Positions 10,609 to 19,891 of a stretch of 64,000 nt of DNA are shown here, piece after piece. The position numbers and the translations under genes were made by a program. Source of the stretch: Escherichia coli (GTDB taxonomy: Bacteria > Pseudomonadota > Gammaproteobacteria > Enterobacterales > Enterobacteriaceae); assembly GCF_050320075.1 (NCBI RefSeq), contig NZ_CP190018.1; one strand, written 5' to 3'. Every line of letters begins with the position of its first letter. Positions within the stretch are counted from its first letter, which is position 1. The notes below the pieces were generated by a model. It was given only the letters and a program-made list of their open reading frames with translations, was not told the origin of the DNA and made no database searches.

Positions 10609-11223
10609 TTAGCCGATTTTGTTACGTTGTGCGAATGTGTAAAGATCCATCAGTGATTTACATTCTAATTTTTCCATCAGGCGACTTTTATAAGTGCTGA
10701 CAGTTTTGTTGCTGATGAACATTTTTTCCGCAATGTCATTATTATCCTTGCCATCAAGAATATATCGCATGACACTAATTTCTTGTTTCGATAAGGAGTC
10801 GAGTTTTTGCTGGTCGGACGTTAAACTTCCAACAAACCGGTTGAGAGAGAAGGGGAAATAGCAGTAGCCATTTTTTGCAGCTTCAATAGCCGCAATGATA
10901 TTGTTCATGCCTTCTTTTTTACTCACGAATCCATTAGCGCCAGCATCAGCACAATGTTTCCCGTAAAAATGGTCATTTTTAGCGGAGACGATAATAATAA
11001 TTCCGCTATATTGGCGCTTCCTCAGCGTTTCTAACACCTGGATACCGTTAACTCCGGGGATATCGACATCAATGATGACGATATCAGGTTTAAGTGTTTC
11101 CACCCGCTGAACGGCACTTCCCCCTTCAGTCAACTCCGCTAAGATTTCAATATCGTTTTTGATCAATAAATTACGAATTGCTGCGATAGCAAGAGGATGG
11201 TCATCAATAATTATTGCGTTCAT
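10609..11223 (-). CDS. evgA: response regulator EvgA (LuxR/NarL family)
   Basis: Track ORF 204 aa, receiver domain plus C-terminal HTH; immediately upstream of evgS. Confidence 0.95.
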   Translation of the reverse strand: MNAIIIDDHPLAIAAIRNLLIKNDIEILAELTEGGSAVQRVETLKPDIVIIDVDIPGVNGIQVLETLRKRQYSGIIIIVSAKNDHFYGKHCADAGANGFVSKKEGMNNIIAAIEAAKNGYCYFPFSLNRFVGSLTSDQQKLDSLSKQEISVMRYILDGKDNNDIAEKMFISNKTVSTYKSRLMEKLECKSLMDLYTFAQRNKIG

Positions 11224-11447
11224 AGATTATTCCCTTTGCAATGAAGCATCTCCCTTCTCCCTGTAGTAATACAGACATAAGGCATCATCTCATTTTCTCA
11301 ATAAAAATAAGAAAATTAGAGCTTCCTTTAAGATAATTCGACAAGTATACCATATAAATAGTCGGCATAAATGAAATGTCAACAATAAAATCAGGGATTG
11401 TACCGATGATTTATAGTTTCACATTAGCACTATAAGTCTTCTCACTA

Positions 11448-11465
11448 ATCCTACATGCGTAAGAA
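11448..11465. promoter_or_regulatory. candidate EvgA box in evgA-emrK divergent region
   Basis: ATCCTACA-TG-CGTAAGAA, 14 of 16 half-site positions matching the EvgA consensus. Confidence 0.5.
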
Positions 11466-11638
11466 TTGTATTGCAAAAGCCACGGTTTAGTCCTCTGTTG
11501 TTTTTTTTGCACCTCATTTAAATTAGGCCTCCAACGTTCCTGGGACAATGTGCAACACATGCACTGTGTTTGATATGAAGAATGAATACTCTTTTCATTC
11601 AATTCATAAATTTCATCTATGCGAAATGAGAGATAATA

Positions 11639-12802
11639 GTGGAACAGATTAATTCAAATAAAAAACATTCTAACAGAAGAAAATACTTTTCTTTATTGGC
11701 GGTAGTTTTATTTATTGCGTTTTCAGGTGCCTATGCCTATTGGTCAATGGAATTAGAAGACATGATTAGTACAGATGATGCCTATGTCACGGGGAATGCA
11801 GATCCAATTTCTGCACAAGTTTCAGGCAGCGTCACTGTCGTTAATCATAAAGATACGAACTACGTTCGACAGGGTGACATTTTAGTCTCACTGGATAAGA
11901 CTGATGCCACTATCGCACTCAATAAAGCTAAAAATAATCTGGCAAATATTGTTCGGCAAACGAATAAACTGTACTTACAGGATAAACAATACAGTGCCGA
12001 AGTCGCTTCAGCACGTATTCAGTATCAACAATCTTTAGAAGATTATAACCGTCGTGTACCTTTAGCGAAGCAGGGGGTTATTTCAAAAGAAACGCTGGAG
12101 CATACCAAAGATACGTTAATAAGTAGCAAAGCGGCATTGAATGCTGCTATTCAGGCTTATAAAGCGAATAAAGCTTTAGTAATGAACACACCATTAAACC
12201 GTCAGCCACAAGTCGTTGAAGCTGCGGATGCAACCAAAGAAGCCTGGTTGGCGCTTAAACGTACGGATATTAAGAGTCCGGTTACCGGCTACATTGCCCA
12301 GCGAAGTGTTCAGGTCGGCGAAACAGTGAGTCCCGGACAATCGTTAATGGCTGTCGTACCGGCACGTCAAATGTGGGTTAATGCTAACTTTAAAGAAACA
12401 CAACTCACGGATGTACGGATTGGTCAATCGGTCAATATTATCAGCGATCTTTATGGTGAAAATGTTGTGTTTCATGGTCGGGTGACAGGGATCAATATGG
12501 GAACCGGCAATGCGTTCTCCTTATTACCTGCACAAAATGCGACAGGGAACTGGATCAAAATCGTTCAGCGTGTACCGGTTGAAGTTTCTCTTGATCCAAA
12601 AGAACTCATGGAACATCCCTTACGTATTGGTTTATCGATGACAGCAACTATTGATACGAAGAACGAAGACATTGCCGAGATGCCTGAGCTGGCTTCAACC
12701 GTGACGTCCATGCCTGCTTATACCAGTAAGGCTTTAGTTATCGATACCAGTCCGATAGAAAAAGAAATTAGCAACATTATTTCGCATAATGGACAACTTT
12801 AA
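11639..12802 (+). CDS. emrK: multidrug efflux periplasmic adaptor EmrK (EmrA paralog)
   Basis: Track ORF 387 aa, membrane-fusion protein family; stop overlaps emrY start (TAATG). Confidence 0.9.
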   Translation: MEQINSNKKHSNRRKYFSLLAVVLFIAFSGAYAYWSMELEDMISTDDAYVTGNADPISAQVSGSVTVVNHKDTNYVRQGDILVSLDKTDATIALNKAKNNLANIVRQTNKLYLQDKQYSAEVASARIQYQQSLEDYNRRVPLAKQGVISKETLEHTKDTLISSKAALNAAIQAYKANKALVMNTPLNRQPQVVEAADATKEAWLALKRTDIKSPVTGYIAQRSVQVGETVSPGQSLMAVVPARQMWVNANFKETQLTDVRIGQSVNIISDLYGENVVFHGRVTGINMGTGNAFSLLPAQNATGNWIKIVQRVPVEVSLDPKELMEHPLRIGLSMTATIDTKNEDIAEMPELASTVTSMPAYTSKALVIDTSPIEKEISNIISHNGQL

Positions 12803-14340
12803 TGGCAATCACTAAATCAACTCCGGCACCATTAACCGGTGGGACGTTATGGTGCGTCACTATTGCATTGTCATTAGCGACGTTTATGCAAATGTTGGAT
12901 TCCACTATTTCTAACGTCGCAATACCGACAATATCTGGCTTTCTGGGAGCATCAACAGACGAAGGCACCTGGGTTATCACTTCGTTTGGCGTAGCAAATG
13001 CCATTGCGATCCCTGTTACCGGCAGGCTGGCACAAAGAATAGGCGAATTAAGATTATTTTTACTTTCAGTCACTTTTTTTTCGCTGTCTTCCTTAATGTG
13101 TAGTTTATCGACCAATCTTGATGTGCTGATATTTTTTAGAGTCGTTCAGGGATTAATGGCGGGGCCGTTAATTCCACTGTCACAGAGTTTATTATTAAGG
13201 AATTATCCACCAGAAAAAAGAACATTTGCTCTGGCATTATGGTCTATGACCGTGATTATCGCGCCGATATGTGGGCCGATATTGGGCGGTTATATTTGTG
13301 ATAACTTTAGCTGGGGTTGGATATTTTTAATCAATGTCCCTATGGGGATTATCGTTCTGACATTATGCTTAACCTTACTTAAAGGAAGAGAAACTGAGAC
13401 TTCACCGGTCAAAATGAATCTACCAGGACTGACCCTGTTAGTGCTCGGTGTTGGTGGCTTGCAGATAATGCTTGATAAAGGGCGCGATCTGGATTGGTTC
13501 AACTCGAGTACAATAATAATACTAACAGTAATGTCAGTTATTTCTCTGATTTCTTTAGTCATTTGGGAGTCGACCTCAGAGAACCCGATTCTTGATCTCA
13601 GTTTGTTTAAGTCCCGTAATTTCACCATTGGTATTGTGAGTATCACATGCGCATATTTATTTTACTCTGGGGCGATAGTCCTTATGCCGCAGTTACTCCA
13701 GGAAACGATGGGGTATAATGCGATATGGGCCGGACTTGCCTATGCGCCCATCGGCATCATGCCGCTATTAATATCACCTTTGATAGGACGTTATGGCAAC
13801 AAAATTGATATGCGGTTGTTGGTGACATTTAGTTTTTTAATGTATGCGGTTTGCTATTACTGGCGTTCTGTGACATTTATGCCAACGATTGATTTTACAG
13901 GCATCATTTTGCCACAGTTTTTTCAGGGATTCGCCGTCGCCTGTTTCTTTTTACCCTTAACAACGATTTCGTTTTCAGGTTTGCCAGATAATAAATTTGC
14001 CAATGCCTCGAGTATGAGTAATTTTTTTCGTACCTTGTCAGGATCAGTTGGTACGTCGTTGACAATGACGCTGTGGGGACGACGCGAATCGTTACACCAT
14101 AGTCAGTTGACAGCAACCATCGATCAATTTAACCCCGTGTTTAATTCATCGTCACAAATTATGGATAAATACTATGGTTCGCTTTCAGGGGTTCTTAATG
14201 AAATTAATAATGAAATAACTCAGCAGTCACTTTCAATTTCTGCAAATGAGATTTTCCGTATGGCGGCTATTGCTTTTATCTTACTTACAGTTTTGGTTTG
14301 GTTTGCGAAACCGCCGTTTACAGCGAAAGGCGTTGGGTGA
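12802..14340 (+). CDS. emrY: MFS multidrug efflux pump EmrY (EmrB paralog)
   Basis: Track ORF 512 aa, 14-TMS-type MFS transporter. Confidence 0.9.
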   Translation: MAITKSTPAPLTGGTLWCVTIALSLATFMQMLDSTISNVAIPTISGFLGASTDEGTWVITSFGVANAIAIPVTGRLAQRIGELRLFLLSVTFFSLSSLMCSLSTNLDVLIFFRVVQGLMAGPLIPLSQSLLLRNYPPEKRTFALALWSMTVIIAPICGPILGGYICDNFSWGWIFLINVPMGIIVLTLCLTLLKGRETETSPVKMNLPGLTLLVLGVGGLQIMLDKGRDLDWFNSSTIIILTVMSVISLISLVIWESTSENPILDLSLFKSRNFTIGIVSITCAYLFYSGAIVLMPQLLQETMGYNAIWAGLAYAPIGIMPLLISPLIGRYGNKIDMRLLVTFSFLMYAVCYYWRSVTFMPTIDFTGIILPQFFQGFAVACFFLPLTTISFSGLPDNKFANASSMSNFFRTLSGSVGTSLTMTLWGRRESLHHSQLTATIDQFNPVFNSSSQIMDKYYGSLSGVLNEINNEITQQSLSISANEIFRMAAIAFILLTVLVWFAKPPFTAKGVG

Positions 14341-14447
14341 TGATAAAAGGAGGGGGTTATAGCAGGTAAGACCAGGGACCTTAAGTCTGCGCCATCGGCA
14401 GCATCGCTCACCCAGGGAAAGGATGGCGATGCTGAATTGAAAATTAA

Positions 14448-15776
14448 TTAGCGGCCTTTTGCCAGATATTGCTCCATCTCTTCTTCCGGCACCATTCCAC
14501 CTCCCGTCGCCCACACCAGATGAGTGGCATTACGCAGTTGTTCTGCGCTGAAACCGTGCATCTGTTGGTAACTTACTGATGCGCACACGCGCTGAGGCCC
14601 GGCCATACCCGCCAGTGCCGAAGGTTCAAGACGAATGCCTTCTTCCTGCGCCAGCCAGCCAAGCATGTCATACATGGTTTGATCGCTAAGGGTATAGAAG
14701 CCATCCAGTAGACGCTCCATTGCCCGCCCGACAAAGCCTGATGCGCGACCAACTGCAAGGCCATCCGCTGCGGTAAGGTTGTCGATACCAATATCCTGAA
14801 CAGAAATCTGATCGTGTAATCCTGTATGGACGCCTAACAGCATACAAGGGGAGTGCGTTGGTTCGGCAAAAAAGCAGTGAACATGATCGCCAAATGCCAG
14901 TTTAAGCCCGAATGCGACGCCACCAGGACCACCGCCAACACCACACGGCAGATAGACAAACAGAGGGTTATCAGCATCGACGATACGACCTTGCTCGGCA
15001 AATTGCGCTTTAAGACGCTGGCCTGCGACGGAATACCCAAGGAACAACGTGCGGGAATTCTCGTCATCAATAAAGAAACAGTTCGGGTCAGACTGCGCTG
15101 CGTTACGTCCTTCCTCGACTGCAACACCATAATCTTGCTCATATTCCACGACCGTAACGCCATGGCTGCGCAGTTTCGCTTTTTTCCATGCCCGGGCATC
15201 AGCAGACATATGTACTGTCACCTTAAAGCCAATGCGGGCGCTCATAATGCCGATTGATAACCCCAGATTTCCGGTTGAGCCCACAGCAATGCTGTATTGG
15301 CTAAAGAACTGTTTAAACTCCGGAGAAAGCAGTTTGCTGTAGTCATCTTCAAGCGTCAGCAACCCCGCTTCCAGAGCCAGTTTTTCTGCATGTGCCAGGA
15401 CTTCATAAATCCCGCCGCGTGCTTTTATGGAGCCGGAAATGGGCAAATGGCTATCTTTTTTCAGTAGCAGTTGCCCGCTGATCGGTTGTTGATATTCCTT
15501 TTCCAGCCGTTTTTGCATAGCCGGAATGGCAACCAGTTCTGATTCAATAATCCCCCCAGTAGCAGCAGTTTCAGGAAATGCTTTTGCCAGATAGGGTGCA
15601 AAACGGGATAAGCGCGCATGGGCGTCCTGAACATCCTGTTCGGTCAGGCCAACATAAGGTAAACCTTCAGCCAATGAGGTCGTGCCAGGATTAAACCAGG
15701 TGGTTTCTTTAAGAGCAACCAGATCCTTTACCAATGGATACTGGGCGATGAGCGAATTCATTTTAGCGTTTTCCAT
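14448..15776 (-). CDS. dsdA: D-serine ammonia-lyase (D-serine dehydratase)
   Basis: Track ORF 442 aa, PLP-dependent fold; recognised as DsdA; appears full length. Confidence 0.95.
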   Translation of the reverse strand: MENAKMNSLIAQYPLVKDLVALKETTWFNPGTTSLAEGLPYVGLTEQDVQDAHARLSRFAPYLAKAFPETAATGGIIESELVAIPAMQKRLEKEYQQPISGQLLLKKDSHLPISGSIKARGGIYEVLAHAEKLALEAGLLTLEDDYSKLLSPEFKQFFSQYSIAVGSTGNLGLSIGIMSARIGFKVTVHMSADARAWKKAKLRSHGVTVVEYEQDYGVAVEEGRNAAQSDPNCFFIDDENSRTLFLGYSVAGQRLKAQFAEQGRIVDADNPLFVYLPCGVGGGPGGVAFGLKLAFGDHVHCFFAEPTHSPCMLLGVHTGLHDQISVQDIGIDNLTAADGLAVGRASGFVGRAMERLLDGFYTLSDQTMYDMLGWLAQEEGIRLEPSALAGMAGPQRVCASVSYQQMHGFSAEQLRNATHLVWATGGGMVPEEEMEQYLAKGR

Positions 15777-15793
15777 AGTACGTCTCTTTGCGC

Positions 15794-16012
15794 TTAGATG
15801 ATAAATGACAGCAGGAATGTGCCCGCCAGAGCGACGACTGAAGCGATAAATGTCGCTGTCGTATAGTATTTAAATGTTTCATTGAGCGTAGCGCCGCAAT
15901 ATTGCTTCGCCAGCCAGAAAAGCGAGTCCGTAACGATCGTGCAGCCAATCGCACCTGAACCGATAGCAATCGCAATAATTTCCGGGCTGATGTCGGGATA
16001 CAGCGGCAGCAC
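15794..16012 (-). pseudogene. dsdX: 3' remnant of dsdX (GntP-family D-serine permease), truncated by csc cluster
   Basis: About 72 codons encoding a GntP-family C-terminus directly upstream of dsdA; similarity ends at about 16012 where csc sequence begins; in-frame stop just upstream. Confidence 0.7.
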
Positions 16013-16254
16013 AATGATCCATATTTATATTTTCTTCTCCAGATTGGCGATGCCAGTTGGCATGTTTTACCTACTTGCCTACATGGTTACTCGTTGGCGA
16101 GAACAGAGGCGGAATTGGGTACAATTGTCCGGGAATTATTGTTATTTTTTATTGTATTGCCGTGTCGGGTGATAGGGCGTCGAGAATATCGTTGGATCTC
16201 GCCAGTGACGTCTGTTTCTGCTACAGTGCCCGTTTTACGGCAAACGGCTTGGGT

Positions 16255-17250
16255 ATGGCTTCATTAAAGGATGTCGCACGCCTGGCGGGAGTGTCGATGA
16301 TGACAGTCTCCCGGGTGATGCATAATGCAGAATCTGTGCGTCCTGCAACGCGTGATCGCGTATTGCAGGCAATCCAGACCCTGAATTATGTTCCTGATCT
16401 TTCCGCCCGTAAGATGCGCGCTCAAGGACGTAAGCCGTCGACTCTCGCCGTGCTGGCGCAGGACACTGCTACCACTCCTTTCTCTGTTGATATTCTGCTT
16501 GCCATTGAGCAAACCGCCAGCGAGTTCGGCTGGAATAGTTTTTTAATCAATATTTTTTCTGAAGATGACGCTGCCCGCGCGGCACGTCAGCTGCTTGCCC
16601 ACCGTCCGGATGGCATTATCTATACTACAATGGGGCTGCGACATATCACGCTGCCTGAGTCTCTGTATGGTGAAAATATTGTATTGGCGAACTGTGTGGC
16701 GGATGACCCAGCGTTACCCAGTTATATCCCTGATGATTACACTGCACAATATGAATCAACACAGCATTTGCTCGCGGCGGGCTATCGTCAACCGTTATGC
16801 TTCTGGCTACCGGAAAGTGCGTTGGCAACAGGGTATCGTCGGCAGGGATTTGAGCAGGCCTGGCGTGATGCTGGACGAGATCTGGCTGAGGTGAAACAAT
16901 TTCACATGGCAACAGGTGATGATCACTACACCGATCTCGCAAGTTTACTCAATGACCACTTCAAATCGGGCAAACCAGATTTTGATGTTCTGATATGTGG
17001 TAACGATCGCGCAGCCTTTGTGGCTTATCAGGTTCTTTTGGCGAAGGGGGTACGTATCCCGAAGGATGTCGCCGTAATGGGCTTTGATAATCTGGTTGGC
17101 GTCGGGCATCTGTTTTTACCGCCGCTGACCACAATTCAGCTTCCACATGACATTATCGGGCGGGAAGCTGCATTGCATATTATTGAAGGTCGTGAAGGGG
17201 GAAGAGTGACGCGGATCCCTTGCCCGCTGTTGATCCGTTGTTCCACCTGA
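16255..17250 (+). CDS. cscR: LacI-family sucrose operon repressor CscR
   Basis: Track ORF 16057..17250; start moved to in-frame ATG at 16255 (331 aa) where the LacI-type HTH begins (MASLKDVARLAGVSMMTVSRV). Confidence 0.9.
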   Translation: MASLKDVARLAGVSMMTVSRVMHNAESVRPATRDRVLQAIQTLNYVPDLSARKMRAQGRKPSTLAVLAQDTATTPFSVDILLAIEQTASEFGWNSFLINIFSEDDAARAARQLLAHRPDGIIYTTMGLRHITLPESLYGENIVLANCVADDPALPSYIPDDYTAQYESTQHLLAAGYRQPLCFWLPESALATGYRRQGFEQAWRDAGRDLAEVKQFHMATGDDHYTDLASLLNDHFKSGKPDFDVLICGNDRAAFVAYQVLLAKGVRIPKDVAVMGFDNLVGVGHLFLPPLTTIQLPHDIIGREAALHIIEGREGGRVTRIPCPLLIRCST

Positions 17251-17257
17251 TATTATG

Positions 17258-18691
17258 TTAACCCAGTTGCCAGAGTGCTCCATGTTGCAGCACAGCCACT
17301 CCGTGGGAGGCATAGAGCGACAGTTCCCGTTCTTCTGGCTGCGGATATATTCGGCTACTCATCACCGCCTCCCCGTCGTTAATAAATACTTCCACGGATG
17401 ATGTATCGATAAATATCCTTAGGGCGAGCATGTCACCCTGCGGGAGGGGAATACTACGGTAGCCATCTAAATTCTCGTGTGGGTAATACCGCCACAAAAC
17501 AAGTCGCTCAGATTGGTTATCAATATACAGCCGCATTCCAGTGCCGAGCTGTAATCCGTAATGTTCGGCATCACTGTTCTTCAGCGCCCACTGCAACTGA
17601 ATCTCAACTGCTTGCGCGTTTTCCTGCAAAACATATTTATTGCTGATTGTGCGGGGAGAGATAGATTGATGCTGCTGGCGTAACGACTCAGCTTCGTGTA
17701 CCGGGCGTTGTAGAAGTTTGCCATTGCTCTCTGATAGCTCGCGCGCCAGCGTCATGCAGCCTGCCCAGCCTTCACGTTTTGAGGGCATTGGCGATTCCCA
17801 CATATCCATCCAGCCGATAACAATACGCCGACCATCCTTCGCTACAAAGCTTTGTGGTGCATAAAAGTCATGCCCGTTATCAAGTTCAGTAAAATGCCCG
17901 GATTGTGCAAAAAGTCGTCCTGGCGACCACATTCCGGGTATTACGCCACTTTGAAAGCGATTTCGATAACTGTATCCCTCGGCATTCATTCCCTGCGGGG
18001 AAAACATCAGATAATGCTGATCGCCAAGGCTGAAAAAGTCCGGACATTCCCACATATAGCTTTCACCCGCATCAGCGTGGGCCAGTACGCGATCGAAGGT
18101 CCATTCACGCAATGAACTGCCGCGATAAAGCAGGATCTGCCCCGTGTTGCCTGGATCTTTCGCCCCGACAACCATCCACCATGTGTCGGCTTCACGCCAC
18201 ACTTTAGGATCGCGGAAGTGCATGATGCCTTCTGGTGGAGTGAGGATCACACCCTGTTTCTCGAAATGAATACCATCCCGACTGGTAGCCAGACATTGTA
18301 CTTCGCGAATTGCATCGTCATTACCTGCACCATCGAGCCAGACGTGTCCGGTGTAGATAAGTGAGAGGACACCATTGTCATCGACAGCACTACCTGAAAA
18401 ACACCCGTCTTTGTCATTCTCGTCTCCTGGCGCTAGCGCAATAGGCTCATGCTGCCAGTGGATCATATCGTCGCTGGTGGCATGTCCCCAGTGCATTGGC
18501 CCCCAGTGTTCGCTCATCGGGTGATGTTGATAAAACGCGTGATAACGATCGTTAAACCAGATCAGGCCGTTTGGATCGTTCATCCACCCGGCAGGAGGCG
18601 CGAGGTGAAAATGGGGATAGAAAGTGTTACCTCGGCGCTCGTGAAGTTTTGCTAGTGCGTTTTGCGCCGCATGTAATCGAGATTGCGTCAT
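17258..18691 (-). CDS. cscA: sucrose-6-phosphate hydrolase / invertase CscA (GH32)
   Basis: Track ORF 17258..18700; start at the in-frame ATG giving 477 aa; GH32 motifs WMNDPNG and EC present. Confidence 0.9.
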   Translation of the reverse strand: MTQSRLHAAQNALAKLHERRGNTFYPHFHLAPPAGWMNDPNGLIWFNDRYHAFYQHHPMSEHWGPMHWGHATSDDMIHWQHEPIALAPGDENDKDGCFSGSAVDDNGVLSLIYTGHVWLDGAGNDDAIREVQCLATSRDGIHFEKQGVILTPPEGIMHFRDPKVWREADTWWMVVGAKDPGNTGQILLYRGSSLREWTFDRVLAHADAGESYMWECPDFFSLGDQHYLMFSPQGMNAEGYSYRNRFQSGVIPGMWSPGRLFAQSGHFTELDNGHDFYAPQSFVAKDGRRIVIGWMDMWESPMPSKREGWAGCMTLARELSESNGKLLQRPVHEAESLRQQHQSISPRTISNKYVLQENAQAVEIQLQWALKNSDAEHYGLQLGTGMRLYIDNQSERLVLWRYYPHENLDGYRSIPLPQGDMLALRIFIDTSSVEVFINDGEAVMSSRIYPQPEERELSLYASHGVAVLQHGALWQLG

Positions 18692-18725
18692 TTTTATCAT
18701 CCTGGTTAAGCAAATTTGGTGAATT

Positions 18726-18737
18726 GTTAACGTTAAC
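18726..18737. promoter_or_regulatory. candidate CscR operator O1
   Basis: Perfect 12-bp palindrome GTTAACGTTAAC in the cscA/cscK divergent promoter region. Confidence 0.5.
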
Positions 18738-18789
18738 TTTTATAAAAATAAAGTCCCTTACTTTCATAAATGCGATGAATATCACAAAT

Positions 18790-18801
18790 GTTAACGTTAA
18801 C
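18790..18801. promoter_or_regulatory. candidate CscR operator O2
   Basis: Second identical copy of GTTAACGTTAAC (both preceded by TG), 64 bp from the first. Confidence 0.5.
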
Positions 18802-18906
18802 TATGACGTTTTGTGATCGAATATGCATGTTTTAGTAAATCCATGACGATTTTGCGAAAAAGAGGTTTATCACTATGCGTAAGTCAGATGAATTTAAGGG
18901 AAAAAA

Positions 18907-19830
18907 ATGTCAGCCAAAGTATGGGTTTTAGGGGATGCGGTCGTAGATCTCTTGCCAGAATCAGACGGGCGGCTACTGCCTTGTCCTGGCGGCGCGCCAG
19001 CTAACGTTGCGGTGGGAATCGCCAGATTAGGCGGAACAAGTGGGTTTATAGGTCGGGTCGGTGATGATCCTTTTGGTGCGTTAATGCAAAGAACGCTGCT
19101 AACTGAGGGTGTCGATATCACGTATCTGAAGCAAGATGAATGGCACCGGACATCCACGGTGCTTGTCGATCTGAACGATCAAGGAGAACGTTCATTTACG
19201 TTTATGGTCCGCCCCAGTGCCGATCTTTTTTTAGAGACGACAGACTTGCCCTGCTGGCGACATGCCGAATGGTTACATCTCTGTTCAATTGCGTTGTCTG
19301 CCGAGCCTTCGCGTACCAGCGCATTTACTGCGATGACGGCGATCCGGCATGCCGGAGGTTTTGTCAGCTTCGATCCCAATATTCGTGAAGATCTATGGCA
19401 AGACGAGCATTTGCTCCGCTTGTGTTTGCGGCAGGCGCTACAACTGGCGGATGTCGTCAAGCTCTCGGAAGAAGAATGGCGACTTATCAGTGGAAAAACA
19501 CAGAACGATCGGGATATATGCGCCCTGGCAAAAGAGTATGAGATCGCCATGCTGTTGGTGACTAAAGGTGCAGAAGGGGTGGTGGTCTGTTATCGAGGAC
19601 AAGTTCACCATTTTGCTGGAATGTCTGTGAATTGTGTCGATAGCACTGGGGCGGGAGATGCGTTCGTTGCCGGGTTACTCACAGGTCTGTCCTCTACGGG
19701 GTTATCTACAGATGAGAGAGAAATGCGACGAATTATCGATCTCGCTCAACGTTGCGGAGCGCTTGCAGTAACAGCGAAAGGGGCAATGACAGCGCTGCCA
19801 TGTCGACAAGAACTGGAAAGTGAGAAGTAA
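18907..19830 (+). CDS. cscK: fructokinase CscK (PfkB family)
   Basis: Track ORF 307 aa, ribokinase/pfkB fold with GAGD motif. Confidence 0.9.
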   Translation: MSAKVWVLGDAVVDLLPESDGRLLPCPGGAPANVAVGIARLGGTSGFIGRVGDDPFGALMQRTLLTEGVDITYLKQDEWHRTSTVLVDLNDQGERSFTFMVRPSADLFLETTDLPCWRHAEWLHLCSIALSAEPSRTSAFTAMTAIRHAGGFVSFDPNIREDLWQDEHLLRLCLRQALQLADVVKLSEEEWRLISGKTQNDRDICALAKEYEIAMLLVTKGAEGVVVCYRGQVHHFAGMSVNCVDSTGAGDAFVAGLLTGLSSTGLSTDEREMRRIIDLAQRCGALAVTAKGAMTALPCRQELESEK

Positions 19831-19891
19831 ACGGCGAGGCCGCTCTTATCTCTAAATAGGACATGAATTTTTTAACGACAGGCAGGTAATT

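Noticed and set aside
16057-16254. 66-codon N-terminal extension of cscR in the track ORF
   Set aside because: The LacI-type HTH begins at the Met at 16255; the upstream extension would cover the island junction and promoter region.
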